Virus record (IMG/VR): IMGVR_UViG_3300033149_007571
Location: 20,822-84,821 of that record
DNA from: a virus
Strand: one strand, 5' to 3'
DNA length: 64,000 nt
Below the pieces are notes generated by a model that worked only from the letters and a program-made list of their open reading frames with translations, made no database searches and was not told the origin of the DNA. The position numbers and the translations under genes are program-made. Below, one piece after another: positions 18,919 to 28,833 of the stretch. Numbering within the stretch: the first letter of the stretch is position 1; each line of letters opens with the position of its first letter.

Positions 18919-19256
18919 GTCTGATTGTCTTAGAACAAGGTCTCGGTAAGACGATCAACATCGTGATAGTTGATGCTGATGGTGCGATTATTACTCCTGG
19001 CGCATCGGACTTGGTAAGGATAAGGATAGGTCGAACAGGTCAAGATGATGTATTTACACTGACAAGCGGTTCTCCGACAGCGGCAGGAAGTCAGATCACT
19101 CCAGGGGGGACGAACGTTGTCCGCTTTGACGCTGAGGATTTGGCGAATATTGATCCAGGCGTTTATACAATGTGGGTGGAGTATTACGACGCTGCCGATG
19201 CATTGGAGTGGAAACTTGTGGAAGCGCAGGTTGTTCATATCAAAGCGATAGGATGA
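18915..19256 (+). CDS. Ig-like / BppU-N-like virion protein
   Basis: Beta-rich, ends with PGVYTMWVEY strand pattern. Confidence 0.55.
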   Translation: MSLIVLEQGLGKTINIVIVDADGAIITPGASDLVRIRIGRTGQDDVFTLTSGSPTAAGSQITPGGTNVVRFDAEDLANIDPGVYTMWVEYYDAADALEWKLVEAQVVHIKAIG

Positions 19257-19260
19257 CTCT

Positions 19261-20064
19261 ATGGGAACCATAGCTGATTTGTCGGAAGTGCTTTTGGAAC
19301 TCGGATTGTCTGCTTCATGTTCTGATGAGGAAAGGGCGATATCCGATGTTGCGTTGAGGCGGGCTGAAGGTGCCGTCAAGCGGTTTCTCGGTTATGACCC
19401 AGTGTTGAAGAGCAGGACGGAATACTACCCTCGACGAGATTATAATTATGGTAATGCTGTGCATGTATGGGAGGCAACCTCGTCGGAGGCGTATGTTCGT
19501 CGGTTGGCCGAAGGCAGTACGAATGAGTTACAGGTTCAGCATATACCAATTCGGGAAGTACCTGCGATTGAATTGCGAATCGATTACGATGGGAGAGGGG
19601 GAGCCAACCCAACAGCCTTCAGCGACGCTAATACATTGAAAGTGGAGGGAACAGACTTTTGGCCCAGTTACGACAAGCACGATAGTAACGGGAATGGTGT
19701 GTGTTCTGATGGGATCATTCGTAGTGTTGGGTTATGGCCCACAACTTTTGGTTCAGTTCGGATAATATACACGGCAGGGTATTCCAATGCCGAACTACAC
19801 GGGGAAGATAGTATCATTGATGCAAGCCCAATTCTTGAGGCTGTGGTTGAGGAGGCCAAGCGTCGGGCTGAGCAGATATTCGTGAGGAAGAAATCGACCA
19901 TCGGTTTCGTTGCTGGGTTGAAGAGTACAGAGAGGCTTGGTGATTATAGTTATTCGATAGACACAGCATTAGCATCCAAATTGTATGGAAACGTGAAAGA
20001 CCTGACTGACCAATCGAAGATGATGCTTGAGGAATTTGTCAATAGGGGATGGGCATTTTCATGA
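19261..20064 (+). CDS. Head-tail connector (HK97 gp6 / SPP1 gp15-like)
   Basis: AEGAVKRFLGY, VRIIYTAGY, STERLGDYSYS motifs. Confidence 0.8.
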   Translation: MGTIADLSEVLLELGLSASCSDEERAISDVALRRAEGAVKRFLGYDPVLKSRTEYYPRRDYNYGNAVHVWEATSSEAYVRRLAEGSTNELQVQHIPIREVPAIELRIDYDGRGGANPTAFSDANTLKVEGTDFWPSYDKHDSNGNGVCSDGIIRSVGLWPTTFGSVRIIYTAGYSNAELHGEDSIIDASPILEAVVEEAKRRAEQIFVRKKSTIGFVAGLKSTERLGDYSYSIDTALASKLYGNVKDLTDQSKMMLEEFVNRGWAFS

Positions 20065-20432
20065 GCCTTCTCGATAACTTGCCGGATCTGTGTACGATCA
20101 GCCGTCGCGTGCGAGAGAAGGATGCACTTGGGGGGAGCAAAGATACATCCACTATTGAGCAGACAAATGTTGCTTGTTGGGAGCAACAGGCTTCTGCCTC
20201 TGAGTCGGCTGAATACCAGAAAAGGGGGATGTTGTTGCGGAGTAAAATATACTTTGCATTGAATCCACAAGTAACGAGGAGGCATCAAATAACCGTAACA
20301 AGTCGCGATGGGACAGTGTTGTCAACGACTACAACATGGAACGTTCTGGATTCGCCATCTCCAGACGTGTCTGTGGGTCGAGGTTTGTTGTGGCGTGTGA
20401 TGGTTGGTTTCAATTTGGGACAAGATGATTGA
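20061..20432 (+). CDS. Head closure / stopper protein
   Basis: Follows the connector; CTISRR..DALGG pattern; about 123 aa. Confidence 0.7.
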   Translation: MSLLDNLPDLCTISRRVREKDALGGSKDTSTIEQTNVACWEQQASASESAEYQKRGMLLRSKIYFALNPQVTRRHQITVTSRDGTVLSTTTTWNVLDSPSPDVSVGRGLLWRVMVGFNLGQDD

Positions 20433-20470
20433 GTGGACTTGCACTTATTGGAAGAGGATAGGAGGACGAT

Positions 20471-21367
20471 ATGTACGTCTACCGATCGATGATTAGTATG
20501 GTGTTCGTGGTTGGTTTGTTTGTTGTTTGTTCTGTTGGGATTCCGGCTGCCGAGCCCAACCCATCACTCGATGAGACTGGGACTGCTGTTGACCCTGACG
20601 TCCAAGCCTACTTTTCGGAGAGCGATGGCCAGAGGAAAAGCGAAATCGAGATGATAGGAGAGTATTGCAGGGAAAGTTGTGGTACATGGACGAAGAAGAC
20701 TAAAAAGTACATTGAAGATTTACAGTCTGCCATAGCCTATCGTCCAAATTTGGAAGCTCGGTTGAATAGTGTTGGTCATCTGCTCGAACCGATAAGGATT
20801 ATCCAACGGATCGATGACGCTTCGGGTCTTGTGGAGGCTCACTTCTATAACGGCATCTGGAATCAGATCCGGGGTACGTGCGATCCGGTGGTGGTTTATC
20901 GTGTGTTGGAAGCACGCACTATACTCTTGAGAAACGTGAACTTCAAATCGCATGCGGACGGAGATGATCTTGATGCAGCCGATCTGATTTTGAAAGTTGT
21001 GGGGACGACAAAGTATTCCACGGCTTTGGGAAGCTCGAAGACAGTATATGTGGTGCAGCCTGTGTCTGACGAAATTGAAGGTGCTATTGTCAAGGAGTTG
21101 ACCAAGAGGAAGGAATTGCGGAAGCAAAAGTTAGAACAGGAGCAGAAGAAGCCACCGACCAAAGCTTCCTCATATACGCTCCGAACGTGGACGGACTCAA
21201 CGGGTAAGTACACAGTGGAGGCGAAGTTTCGTGGTGTGATTGCTGGTATGGTTCGGTTGGAAAAGGCAGACGGTCAGAAGATTACTCTTCCAATGGGGAA
21301 GCTCAGCAAGGAAGACCAAGAATGGATTCACGATCCTTCAAAACGTAAACCCAATGGGGACGGATAG
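20471..21367 (+). CDS. Secreted protein with C-terminal SHD1 (SLA1 homology domain 1)
   Basis: Signal peptide; RTWTDSTGKYTVEAKF...VRLEKADGQKITLPMGKLSKEDQEWI. Confidence 0.85.
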   Translation: MYVYRSMISMVFVVGLFVVCSVGIPAAEPNPSLDETGTAVDPDVQAYFSESDGQRKSEIEMIGEYCRESCGTWTKKTKKYIEDLQSAIAYRPNLEARLNSVGHLLEPIRIIQRIDDASGLVEAHFYNGIWNQIRGTCDPVVVYRVLEARTILLRNVNFKSHADGDDLDAADLILKVVGTTKYSTALGSSKTVYVVQPVSDEIEGAIVKELTKRKELRKQKLEQEQKKPPTKASSYTLRTWTDSTGKYTVEAKFRGVIAGMVRLEKADGQKITLPMGKLSKEDQEWIHDPSKRKPNGDG

Positions 21368-21371
21368 CGTT

Positions 21372-21695
21372 ATGAGGATAATATGTAAGTCAATGGATGC
21401 GTTCATTGCCAACTTGCAAAACGCAGAGGTTTTCCAAAAGAAGGTATGGTTGGAACGATCATATCGTTGGGTCCATGAGCATAAAAGGATGGTAAACATA
21501 CAGGCGTCGGCTGTGATAATTTTTTCAAATGAAGCAGAAGCATTGTTGCAATTCGGAATGGATTGCGGTGTTGATCTCCTTGACGGGAGACCTGACGAAA
21601 AAGGTACCTTGGCAGCCGATAAAGCAAGCAAGTTGTTATCAGATTATTGCCTCGAGAATAACCTGACGATTTGTCCTGGATTTGTGGAGGTATAG
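21372..21695 (+). CDS. Hypothetical protein
   Basis: Fills the gap between neighbours; start uncertain (21354 or 21372). Confidence 0.55.
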   Translation: MRIICKSMDAFIANLQNAEVFQKKVWLERSYRWVHEHKRMVNIQASAVIIFSNEAEALLQFGMDCGVDLLDGRPDEKGTLAADKASKLLSDYCLENNLTICPGFVEV

Positions 21696-22002
21696 AGGAT
21701 TGAATCTTCATGATGCAAAGTACAAAATAAATGGTCGGTTTTGGAAGCTCCGCTTCGTTCGGTTAAGAGGGAAAAGCAGCGGATGGTGCTATGGACCGGA
21801 AGCCGAGAACCCTTGCCGAATTTTGATCCATCGCGGTCGCAAAGGCCGACGAAGCGCCAAGCGTTTGATGGGGGATTTGATTCATGAGGTATTACATGCT
21901 GCGTGTCCCCAGTTGTCTCATGATGCTGTGGAGGAGGTCGATGAGGTGCTGAGTCGGATATTGTGGGATCAGGGGTTTCGCTATCCTACCGATAGAGTGT
22001 GA
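21682..22002 (+). CDS. Small HExxH metallopeptidase-like protein
   Basis: GWC...ILI...LIHEVLHA...VEEV. Confidence 0.6.
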   Translation: MWRYRGLNLHDAKYKINGRFWKLRFVRLRGKSSGWCYGPEAENPCRILIHRGRKGRRSAKRLMGDLIHEVLHAACPQLSHDAVEEVDEVLSRILWDQGFRYPTDRV

Positions 22003-22011
22003 GGAATAAAA

Positions 22012-22518
22012 ATGGTGCATCCAAGCGTAAGTGATGAGGAGTTGATCAAGACATTGAGAGAGTACGAGAAGTGTGGTAATAGTGCAACAAAAGCGGCCAT
22101 TCGTCTTGGGATTGACCGAACTACTGTAGGCCGTCGGTTGCGTTTGGCAAGGGAGAGGAAATTGGTGAAGGGGTCTGAGAAGAACCTTTTTAAGAGAACG
22201 AGAAGGATCAAAGCCAAACAGCAGAAGAAAACGGTCGTCTCACTAGATGACTTTCGTTCACAGTTCGATAGTTATACAAGGACAAGAGAAGCTATTCAGC
22301 GAGGTTTGGAGCAACTCGAAGAAAATTCTGTCGTTCGGGACACGGACTTCCGCCAGGAGTTCTGTGGTTTGGCTCCAGCAAACGGATGGAGACAAGTTGC
22401 CGAGGAAGAACAATTCCGTAAGTATCAATTCCTTTGCGGGGGCAAAATTTGGTGGGGTACACCCAACACAGTGAAGAAAGCGATCAATATGGTATCGAAG
22501 GCAAAGGAGTTGATATGA
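22012..22518 (+). CDS. HTH DNA-binding protein
   Basis: NSATKAAIRLGIDRTTVGRRL (Fis-like HTH). Confidence 0.7.
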   Translation: MVHPSVSDEELIKTLREYEKCGNSATKAAIRLGIDRTTVGRRLRLARERKLVKGSEKNLFKRTRRIKAKQQKKTVVSLDDFRSQFDSYTRTREAIQRGLEQLEENSVVRDTDFRQEFCGLAPANGWRQVAEEEQFRKYQFLCGGKIWWGTPNTVKKAINMVSKAKELI

Positions 22519-23117
22519 AGTTCATTGGGGAGCATCCTCATGGTCCAACTGTTATTAACACTTACACGGGGAAGTGGATGGATATCGCTCATCCGAAAGC
22601 AGAGTCCATTGACTTTCGCGACATTGCCCACGCTTTGTCGAACATCTGTCGGTTCGTTGGCCATACAAGTCGTTTCTACAGTGTAGCGGAGCATTCGATT
22701 CATTGCCACGATGTTGCTGTGAGTCTTGTGGGCTGCCGATGTCCGGTCACGGCTGCCGTGTTGTTGCATGATGCTGCCGAAGCCTATATGCACGATTTGT
22801 GTCGAGCTGTCAAATACCAGAAGGAGATGGTTGGTTATCGTGTCCAACTTGATGCTTTGCAAGAGTTGATCGAGCGAACAGCATCAGAGGATATTGCCAA
22901 CGCAAAGATAGCCCATAGATCATTTATCAAATTCGTCGATAATGGTTTGTTGGAATTGGAAGCCTCGCGATTGTTTTCTCGAACCAAAGGGGCTAGTTGG
23001 AATTGGAACGGGCAGCTTCCTGCCAAAGTTTCATGGCTGTCTTGGTGGTGGTATAACTTGCCGGGCAATGCAGAGAGGGGGTTTTTAGCGCGGTTGCGTA
23101 CATATGGAATCATTTGA
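22515..23117 (+). CDS. HD-domain 5'-deoxynucleotidase (YfbR/YfdR-like)
   Basis: DIAHALSNICRFVGH, YSVAEHS, LLHDAAEAY. Confidence 0.88.
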   Translation: MKFIGEHPHGPTVINTYTGKWMDIAHPKAESIDFRDIAHALSNICRFVGHTSRFYSVAEHSIHCHDVAVSLVGCRCPVTAAVLLHDAAEAYMHDLCRAVKYQKEMVGYRVQLDALQELIERTASEDIANAKIAHRSFIKFVDNGLLELEASRLFSRTKGASWNWNGQLPAKVSWLSWWWYNLPGNAERGFLARLRTYGII

Positions 23118-23130
23118 TGGAGAAGGTGCA

Positions 23131-23490
23131 ATGAAGAGCGCAGAGGAACATTATTGGGAAGCCCACGAAGAGATTAAGGCTTTGCACAAGAAGAAGGGGG
23201 CTGACTATGGAACGCAAAATGATCCATTCAATAATTTGCGAGCGGCGGAAACGTTTGGGATTCCTAGCTACATTGGTGTAATGCTTCGGATGGAAGACAA
23301 GATGAGTCGTTTGAGGGCATTCGTTCGTAATGGAAGTTTGAAGAATGAATCTGTTGAGGACACCTTGTTAGATTTAGCTAACTATTCGATATTGGCGTTG
23401 GCGTTGTATCGAGAGAGTGTGGAGGTAGAGCATGACCAAAACACAGAAGGAGGAGGCGCAAGTGAGGCGAAAGCCAGGGACGTCCCTTAG
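23131..23490 (+). CDS. Nucleotide-modification-associated domain 1 (DUF1599-like)
   Basis: KKGADYG...DPFNN...RMEDKMSRL...ESVEDTLLDLANYSIL. Confidence 0.78.
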   Translation: MKSAEEHYWEAHEEIKALHKKKGADYGTQNDPFNNLRAAETFGIPSYIGVMLRMEDKMSRLRAFVRNGSLKNESVEDTLLDLANYSILALALYRESVEVEHDQNTEGGGASEAKARDVP

Positions 23491-24556
23491 CGACCTCAAA
23501 TCGCAGTATGATCCAGCGGAAGAGGTCAAGCATCTTCGGGGAGAGATTGCCAAGCTGGAGAGAGATCACGAAGCATACACGAAAGAGCATGGGCGTCTGT
23601 CCATCTTGTTCGATGATTTGCGTCGTTCTATCGAAGAACTAGATCCTCCTGAGATTGACTACAAACCTCCGAAACGTAGTACGGTAACATCTCCCGTCGT
23701 TCATGTTTCACACATGACTGATTGGCATTTGGGGGCGATTCAGAACCCAGAGGAAGTCGAGGGGTTCCGCGAGTTCAATCCTGAAGTGCTCGAGTTGGAG
23801 ATGGTGAATTGTGAATTGAGTCAGTTACAGTGGTGTGAGCTACATCGGAAAAATTACACAATCAACGAACGGAGGAATATCGTTACGGGAGATCTAATCA
23901 GCGGAGGCATCCACGACGAGTTGTTATGGACGAATGCGTATCCCGAACCTGTTCAGGCAGTCCGAGCGGGGGAATTGTTAGCAAAACTGGTGGCTATGCA
24001 ATCTCCTCACTACCAGAAGGTGATTGTCGATTTCATTACCGAGGATAACCATGCTCGGCTAACGAAGAAACCGCAGGCGACCGAGGCTGGTTTGAACACT
24101 TGGAATTATGTTATTGGGTTCTATGCAAAGGAACGTCTGAAGTCATTTGGTAATGTGGAGTTTAATATCTATCCACAACTGCAGAAGGTCATCAAAGTAG
24201 CAAACCGGCAGTACCTTATCACGCATGGACATCATGTTCGGGGTTGGGCTGGCTTTCCATATTATGGGATCGAGAGGAAAGCCGGTCGTGAGGCAATGCG
24301 TCGCATGAGACGAGTCGTGGAATCTCAGTATGATGTAGAAAAGGCAATCGGGTCACTCTTCCATAAGATTATTATGGGTCATTGGCACGCCCCTCTTGCT
24401 CATCCGTGGTATTGGATTGGAGGATCAGCCAGTGGTACGACAGCATATGATCACAAGGAAGGCAGAGAGGCACAACCTATACAATGTGCTTGGATGGTGC
24501 ATCCAAAGTGGGGTGAGTTTGATCGAACCGAGTGGCTTCTGACGTCGAAAAAGTAG
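23432..24556 (+). CDS. Calcineurin-like metallophosphoesterase
   Basis: TDWHLG, TGDLISG, DNHAR, THGH, MGHWH motifs. Confidence 0.85.
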   Translation: MTKTQKEEAQVRRKPGTSLSDLKSQYDPAEEVKHLRGEIAKLERDHEAYTKEHGRLSILFDDLRRSIEELDPPEIDYKPPKRSTVTSPVVHVSHMTDWHLGAIQNPEEVEGFREFNPEVLELEMVNCELSQLQWCELHRKNYTINERRNIVTGDLISGGIHDELLWTNAYPEPVQAVRAGELLAKLVAMQSPHYQKVIVDFITEDNHARLTKKPQATEAGLNTWNYVIGFYAKERLKSFGNVEFNIYPQLQKVIKVANRQYLITHGHHVRGWAGFPYYGIERKAGREAMRRMRRVVESQYDVEKAIGSLFHKIIMGHWHAPLAHPWYWIGGSASGTTAYDHKEGREAQPIQCAWMVHPKWGEFDRTEWLLTSKK

Positions 24557-24638
24557 ATGGCAAATGAAGATCGTTTTGGGTGGATTCCTATCTGGGAATC
24601 TTATACAATGTCCATTATGAGTAGAGAGGAGAACCGAG

Positions 24639-25058
24639 ATGGGTAGACAGATGTTATCAGAACGGGAAGCCGTAAACGACGTGCGGGTGGCTATTAATGA
24701 GGTTCTTGGAGGAAGGTGGATGATTGCGGTGTGGAAGGTTGATGATTCGATCAAGTCAAACGAGCCACCGAAGTTGTCATTGGTAAGGAGGACTTGTTGG
24801 AAGATGCCGATGGATTTATTTGATGTTGCTGTGGGTCAATTGGCTAGGAGCATTGCAGAGGAAACCCTTCACAATTCCCAATTTGATAATCCCCTTCCTC
24901 CTGCTCCTCTGCAGATTGCGGACTTTTTGAAGGAGGATGAGGATGAAGCCAGTGAGAAGTTACGATATGAAACGGGTCCGCTCCGAGGGGGTTCGGCAGA
25001 TAAGCAGAGTATGGACAGTGCGTTTCGGGAGAGAGCCAGATTGGACGAGAAATTATGA
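24639..25058 (+). CDS. Hypothetical protein
   Basis: GAGGAG RBS. Confidence 0.6.
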   Translation: MGRQMLSEREAVNDVRVAINEVLGGRWMIAVWKVDDSIKSNEPPKLSLVRRTCWKMPMDLFDVAVGQLARSIAEETLHNSQFDNPLPPAPLQIADFLKEDEDEASEKLRYETGPLRGGSADKQSMDSAFRERARLDEKL

Positions 25059-25450
25059 TTGCAACGATCTGTCGATTGCTGAATCCTCGCTCGAAGGCGG
25101 TGCAAATGGCTGACCGAGCATCTGCCCGGTTGGTTGAAGCTCGCAAGCGTTTACAACATGATCTGAATCAGATCCGGAGGGTAGAAAAGAAAGCATCAGC
25201 GATTTTAGAAAGAATCTTGAGTATTGCCGAAACCTTGAGCGAGGATGTTGATTTGAGCCAACGACGGTTAGCTCAAGCGGAGAAGGCTCTTGAGGCGCTT
25301 CGTTCCGAACATGATGTTGATGCCGACGTTGTGATTCCTGCTCTTCAATCTCGGTTTCGTGAAATCCAGGCAACCAGTGAAGCCAAAATTGCTGAGTCAA
25401 ACTATAGGCGAGCAGCAGCCACACCAAAAACTGTTGAGCGAGATATCTGA
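25055..25450 (+). CDS. Coiled-coil protein upstream of portal
   Basis: Heptad pattern; overlapping start/stop with both neighbours. Confidence 0.6.
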   Translation: MIATICRLLNPRSKAVQMADRASARLVEARKRLQHDLNQIRRVEKKASAILERILSIAETLSEDVDLSQRRLAQAEKALEALRSEHDVDADVVIPALQSRFREIQATSEAKIAESNYRRAAATPKTVERDI

Positions 25451-27129
25451 TGTCACAGGCACTAATGAAGGCTATCAGACGGAGTGAGATGGTAGCTAGA
25501 GAAGCGTTCGAGTCTGCCGTGCGTCGCAAGGCGGTTGGTGGGTTGGATTTTATATCCACCGGTTCGATTGGTGGGTTCAGTGATTGGCGAAAGCAGCAGG
25601 TATACTCCGAGCGTTATAATTTGATGCGGGGTTGGGTGTATGCTGCTATCAATATTCTGGCGTCTGAAGCTGCTGGTCAATCTCCGATGGTGGCAAAGTT
25701 GAAAGGGGTTTCTACTAATAAACCCCAAGGGAAAAAAGCCTACTTCCATCGTCGGATGACGAAGACTGCCCGAGCGAAGACTGCAAGCGTCGAGTATGAG
25801 GTTTTGGAAGATCATTGGATCAAGGATCTTCTCGATCAACCAAATCCAGTACAGAACAAGTGGCAATTCGTTTATTCCTTTGTGGCCAACTTGTGTTTGA
25901 CAGGTTGGTCGTATGTGGTGATTGGAAAGCACAAGAAGAAATTGGAGATGTACTGTCTGCCGACGACTTGGTGTAAACCCATTCATGATCCTGTTCCGTT
26001 TGCTATGCTGAAAGTGAAGAATCCGAGAAAAGTGGGAACGGAACCAGCTATTTTGAAACGTGAACAATTTGGGTTTGCTCATTTGCCTAATCCGTCCGAT
26101 CCGTTGAGTGCATTGGCTCCTGCTGCGGCTCAGATAATGGCCATTCGGATTGATGATCACATTCAAACAAGTCAGGAAGCATTCTTTCGCAATGGCATCT
26201 TTCCATCGGTGATTATTACAGTTGGCAAATCTCCATATGTAGATTCCGAAGGCCGACCTGTGTTGACGGGATCTCAACGACGTCAAATCTTTAGTGCGGT
26301 GAAGAAAGTTTGGGGTGGCGTTGCCAACTATGGCAATCCTGCTATTGTTGACGGGTTGATTGAAAAGATCGATCGCTTGTCAGCAACACAAAACGAGATG
26401 GGTTGGCAACGATCCGAGGACAAGGTGAGAACTCGGATACTCTCGGCATTTGGTATCCATCCTTACATTCTTGGGGAATCTGTTTCTGTTGGTGGTTATG
26501 CTCAAGTAGCAAACATCGAAAAGCGCTTTTACAAGCGGGTGAATACCCTGCTCGATATGCTCTCTGTGTTGTTGACGAATTTATTGGGTGGTTTGGATAA
26601 GAAGGAGCGGTTGCTGATTTGGTATGAGGAGTGTGAAGTGTCTGATCCTCAACTTCGTCAGCAATTGCTCATAACGATGCGCAAGAACAATGACATTACC
26701 CAAAACGAGATGAGGGCCGAGGTGGGTTTCCCTCCCGACGAGGATGACAACGAGGCTGAAATCCCGCCCGTGATGTTGCAGGGAATTAGCACGATACTGG
26801 GATTATTAGGCAGCGGTCGGGTCCAGAAGGAGCAGGCTGTTGCTTTGCTTGAAGGATTAGGTCTGTCGAAAGACAGAGCCGAGGGTATTGCGGGTGTTGG
26901 TTTGGCTGAGCCTAAACCTTCAGCTCCACCTAAGCCCCCTCTGAAACCGCCGCAAGGCAGTGAGGAGGGCGAGTCATCTGAGGAAGGAGGGGAGGGAGAA
27001 GAAGGCAAAATTGAAGAAGCAATGGAAGAGTTGAAGCGAGCCAATGGACTATTGGAGAAGGTTATGTCTCCCGATTTGATAGCTGAAGAGATTCTGGAGA
27101 GCATAGGACACGAGTGTTTGGAAGAATAA
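25450..27129 (+). CDS. Portal protein (HK97 family)
   Basis: WVYAAINILA, LLDQPNP, FFRNGIFPS, ILSAFGIHPYILG, ITQNEMRAEVGFPP; Pro-rich and acidic C-tail. Confidence 0.92.
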   Translation: MSQALMKAIRRSEMVAREAFESAVRRKAVGGLDFISTGSIGGFSDWRKQQVYSERYNLMRGWVYAAINILASEAAGQSPMVAKLKGVSTNKPQGKKAYFHRRMTKTARAKTASVEYEVLEDHWIKDLLDQPNPVQNKWQFVYSFVANLCLTGWSYVVIGKHKKKLEMYCLPTTWCKPIHDPVPFAMLKVKNPRKVGTEPAILKREQFGFAHLPNPSDPLSALAPAAAQIMAIRIDDHIQTSQEAFFRNGIFPSVIITVGKSPYVDSEGRPVLTGSQRRQIFSAVKKVWGGVANYGNPAIVDGLIEKIDRLSATQNEMGWQRSEDKVRTRILSAFGIHPYILGESVSVGGYAQVANIEKRFYKRVNTLLDMLSVLLTNLLGGLDKKERLLIWYEECEVSDPQLRQQLLITMRKNNDITQNEMRAEVGFPPDEDDNEAEIPPVMLQGISTILGLLGSGRVQKEQAVALLEGLGLSKDRAEGIAGVGLAEPKPSAPPKPPLKPPQGSEEGESSEEGGEGEEGKIEEAMEELKRANGLLEKVMSPDLIAEEILESIGHECLEE

Positions 27130-28833
27130 ATGCTGAAGACACTTTCTAGTGATAAAGCGATCCTTTCCATTCTTCGTACCGCGACGAAAGAAGTCCAGGA
27201 GAAGCAGAGATCGGTCCGAGCCAAGAACATTCGTCTTATTCATAAGGCTTTGGCCGTTCGTCAGTTTACCAAGGCAGAGAAGGAGTTGACGGAAGCTCTA
27301 ATCCCCTTCTTCGTTGAACAGGGACGTTCGATGGTTGATCGATTGAAAAAGTTGGAAGTGAGTTCGACAAAAACTGTTGCTCCTTCTCTTGATTCTGCTC
27401 ATGCTCTTGCATCATTGATTTTTGATCCGAAGGAGTGGAGAGAAAAGCTAACGAATCGATTGTTGCCGGTCATGGCTCAAAAGATGGCCGAGGCAGGGGT
27501 TGCTCACTTGATGGCTTTGGGTATTGATGTGCGGAAAAAGGATCGGAAAGGTTTGAAGCATCTTCCTGGCCGACACGATCAAAGTAGTCATGGAAGAGGA
27601 GGAGGAGGGGATCGTGCTCCTCGGGATTTGTCTTGGAATGATGTCGAATTGGTGCCTCATAGTAAGTGGAGAGAAACGAAGGCTACTACCGCATCCGAGT
27701 GGGTAGATGAGCATATGGAAAGTTGGGAATCGTTACTTGCAGCCTATGAAGCATCTGGTCTGCCTCTTGGTTTGCTGAATGAGATTCCTAGATGGATGTT
27801 GGAATCTATAGCTGAGCAGTTGATTGAAAGTTTCGATCAGGATTATTGGGATGCGGTTTCCCAAACAACGATGGGAGATGCCGAGAAGGTATTGTCGAAA
27901 GGGTTGTCCGAAGGTTGGTCAATTCACAGGATGGGAATGGAATTGCGCCAATATTTCGAGGGAGGTGGGTTTCGATATGCACGGCGGCGAGCCGAAAACA
28001 TTGCGATGACGGAGTCTGCCAATGCTTTGAATGGAGCTCGCAAGGAGTCGGTGGTTCAATTGCAACAAGAGTTGGGTCCGCGGGTTCCGATCAAACAGGT
28101 GTGGTTGTCCGTTTTGAGTAACACGACTCGGGCTTCACACGCCATGTTGGATCAAGTGCCTGAGGATGAGAACGGGTTGTGGAATTTGTCAGGCTATATG
28201 ATTCCGTGGCCAGGTCATATAAGTTTGCCTCCTGGTGAACGCTGTTGGTGTTATTGTACTGTATCTATCGAGTTCGGAATGAATGCGACCGAAGCTCAAA
28301 GCATAATCGATGAGTATTGGCAACGAGTACAAGAGTGGGAGTCAAAGGGGTATGTTTGGCTTTGGGTGAAACACCTCCCTGGTCGGCATGACCAGAGCAG
28401 TCATGGTCGGGGAGGGGGCAGAAGAGCGAGAGCCTTACGTACCCATAAGCCAAGTACGGTAGAGAAACAGCGAAGGGCCAAAACTGAGCAAGCTCGGTTG
28501 GCAAAGTTGATCGGTGGGATGAACACTGACAATAATGATGCATTTGATGTTTTACTTCAAGGGCATGCGATCGAGGTTAAATGTGTGATGGATAACAATA
28601 ACGACAAGATCACGATGCATCCTAAATCCCGTCGGCGGAAGGAATCTTATGCGAGGAAAAATGGAATGCAACCCCATACAGTTGCTATCGACATTCGACG
28701 AGGGCAACGGGCGTTTTACTACAGGAAGGGTATTGGTTCGTTTCGACTGCGAAACATGAAAAAGGTGACGATAACCGAGCTAGAGGCAATAGTAGCGGGA
28801 AAATCAGTAGTTCCTTCTGGAGTGGTATACTGA
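27130..28833 (+). CDS. MuF / SPP1 gp7-like minor head protein with C-terminal PD-(D/E)xK nuclease-like domain
   Basis: RAENIAMTES, KQVWLS...TRASH, IPWPGH..LPPGERCWCYC; C-terminal AFDV...IEVK; two KHLPGRHDQSSHGR motifs. Confidence 0.85.
   Translation: MLKTLSSDKAILSILRTATKEVQEKQRSVRAKNIRLIHKALAVRQFTKAEKELTEALIPFFVEQGRSMVDRLKKLEVSSTKTVAPSLDSAHALASLIFDPKEWREKLTNRLLPVMAQKMAEAGVAHLMALGIDVRKKDRKGLKHLPGRHDQSSHGRGGGGDRAPRDLSWNDVELVPHSKWRETKATTASEWVDEHMESWESLLAAYEASGLPLGLLNEIPRWMLESIAEQLIESFDQDYWDAVSQTTMGDAEKVLSKGLSEGWSIHRMGMELRQYFEGGGFRYARRRAENIAMTESANALNGARKESVVQLQQELGPRVPIKQVWLSVLSNTTRASHAMLDQVPEDENGLWNLSGYMIPWPGHISLPPGERCWCYCTVSIEFGMNATEAQSIIDEYWQRVQEWESKGYVWLWVKHLPGRHDQSSHGRGGGRRARALRTHKPSTVEKQRRAKTEQARLAKLIGGMNTDNNDAFDVLLQGHAIEVKCVMDNNNDKITMHPKSRRRKESYARKNGMQPHTVAIDIRRGQRAFYYRKGIGSFRLRNMKKVTITELEAIVAGKSVVPSGVVY

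Noticed and set aside
20434-20462. Promoter upstream of the SHD1 gene (TGGACT...)
   Set aside because: The -35-like hexamer matches the early promoter but there is no convincing -10 at 16-18 bp spacing
22515-23490. 2-aminoadenine (Z-genome) pathway
   Set aside because: An HD hydrolase is present but no PurZ or MazZ-like gene was recognised in this window; cannot be excluded for the rest of the genome
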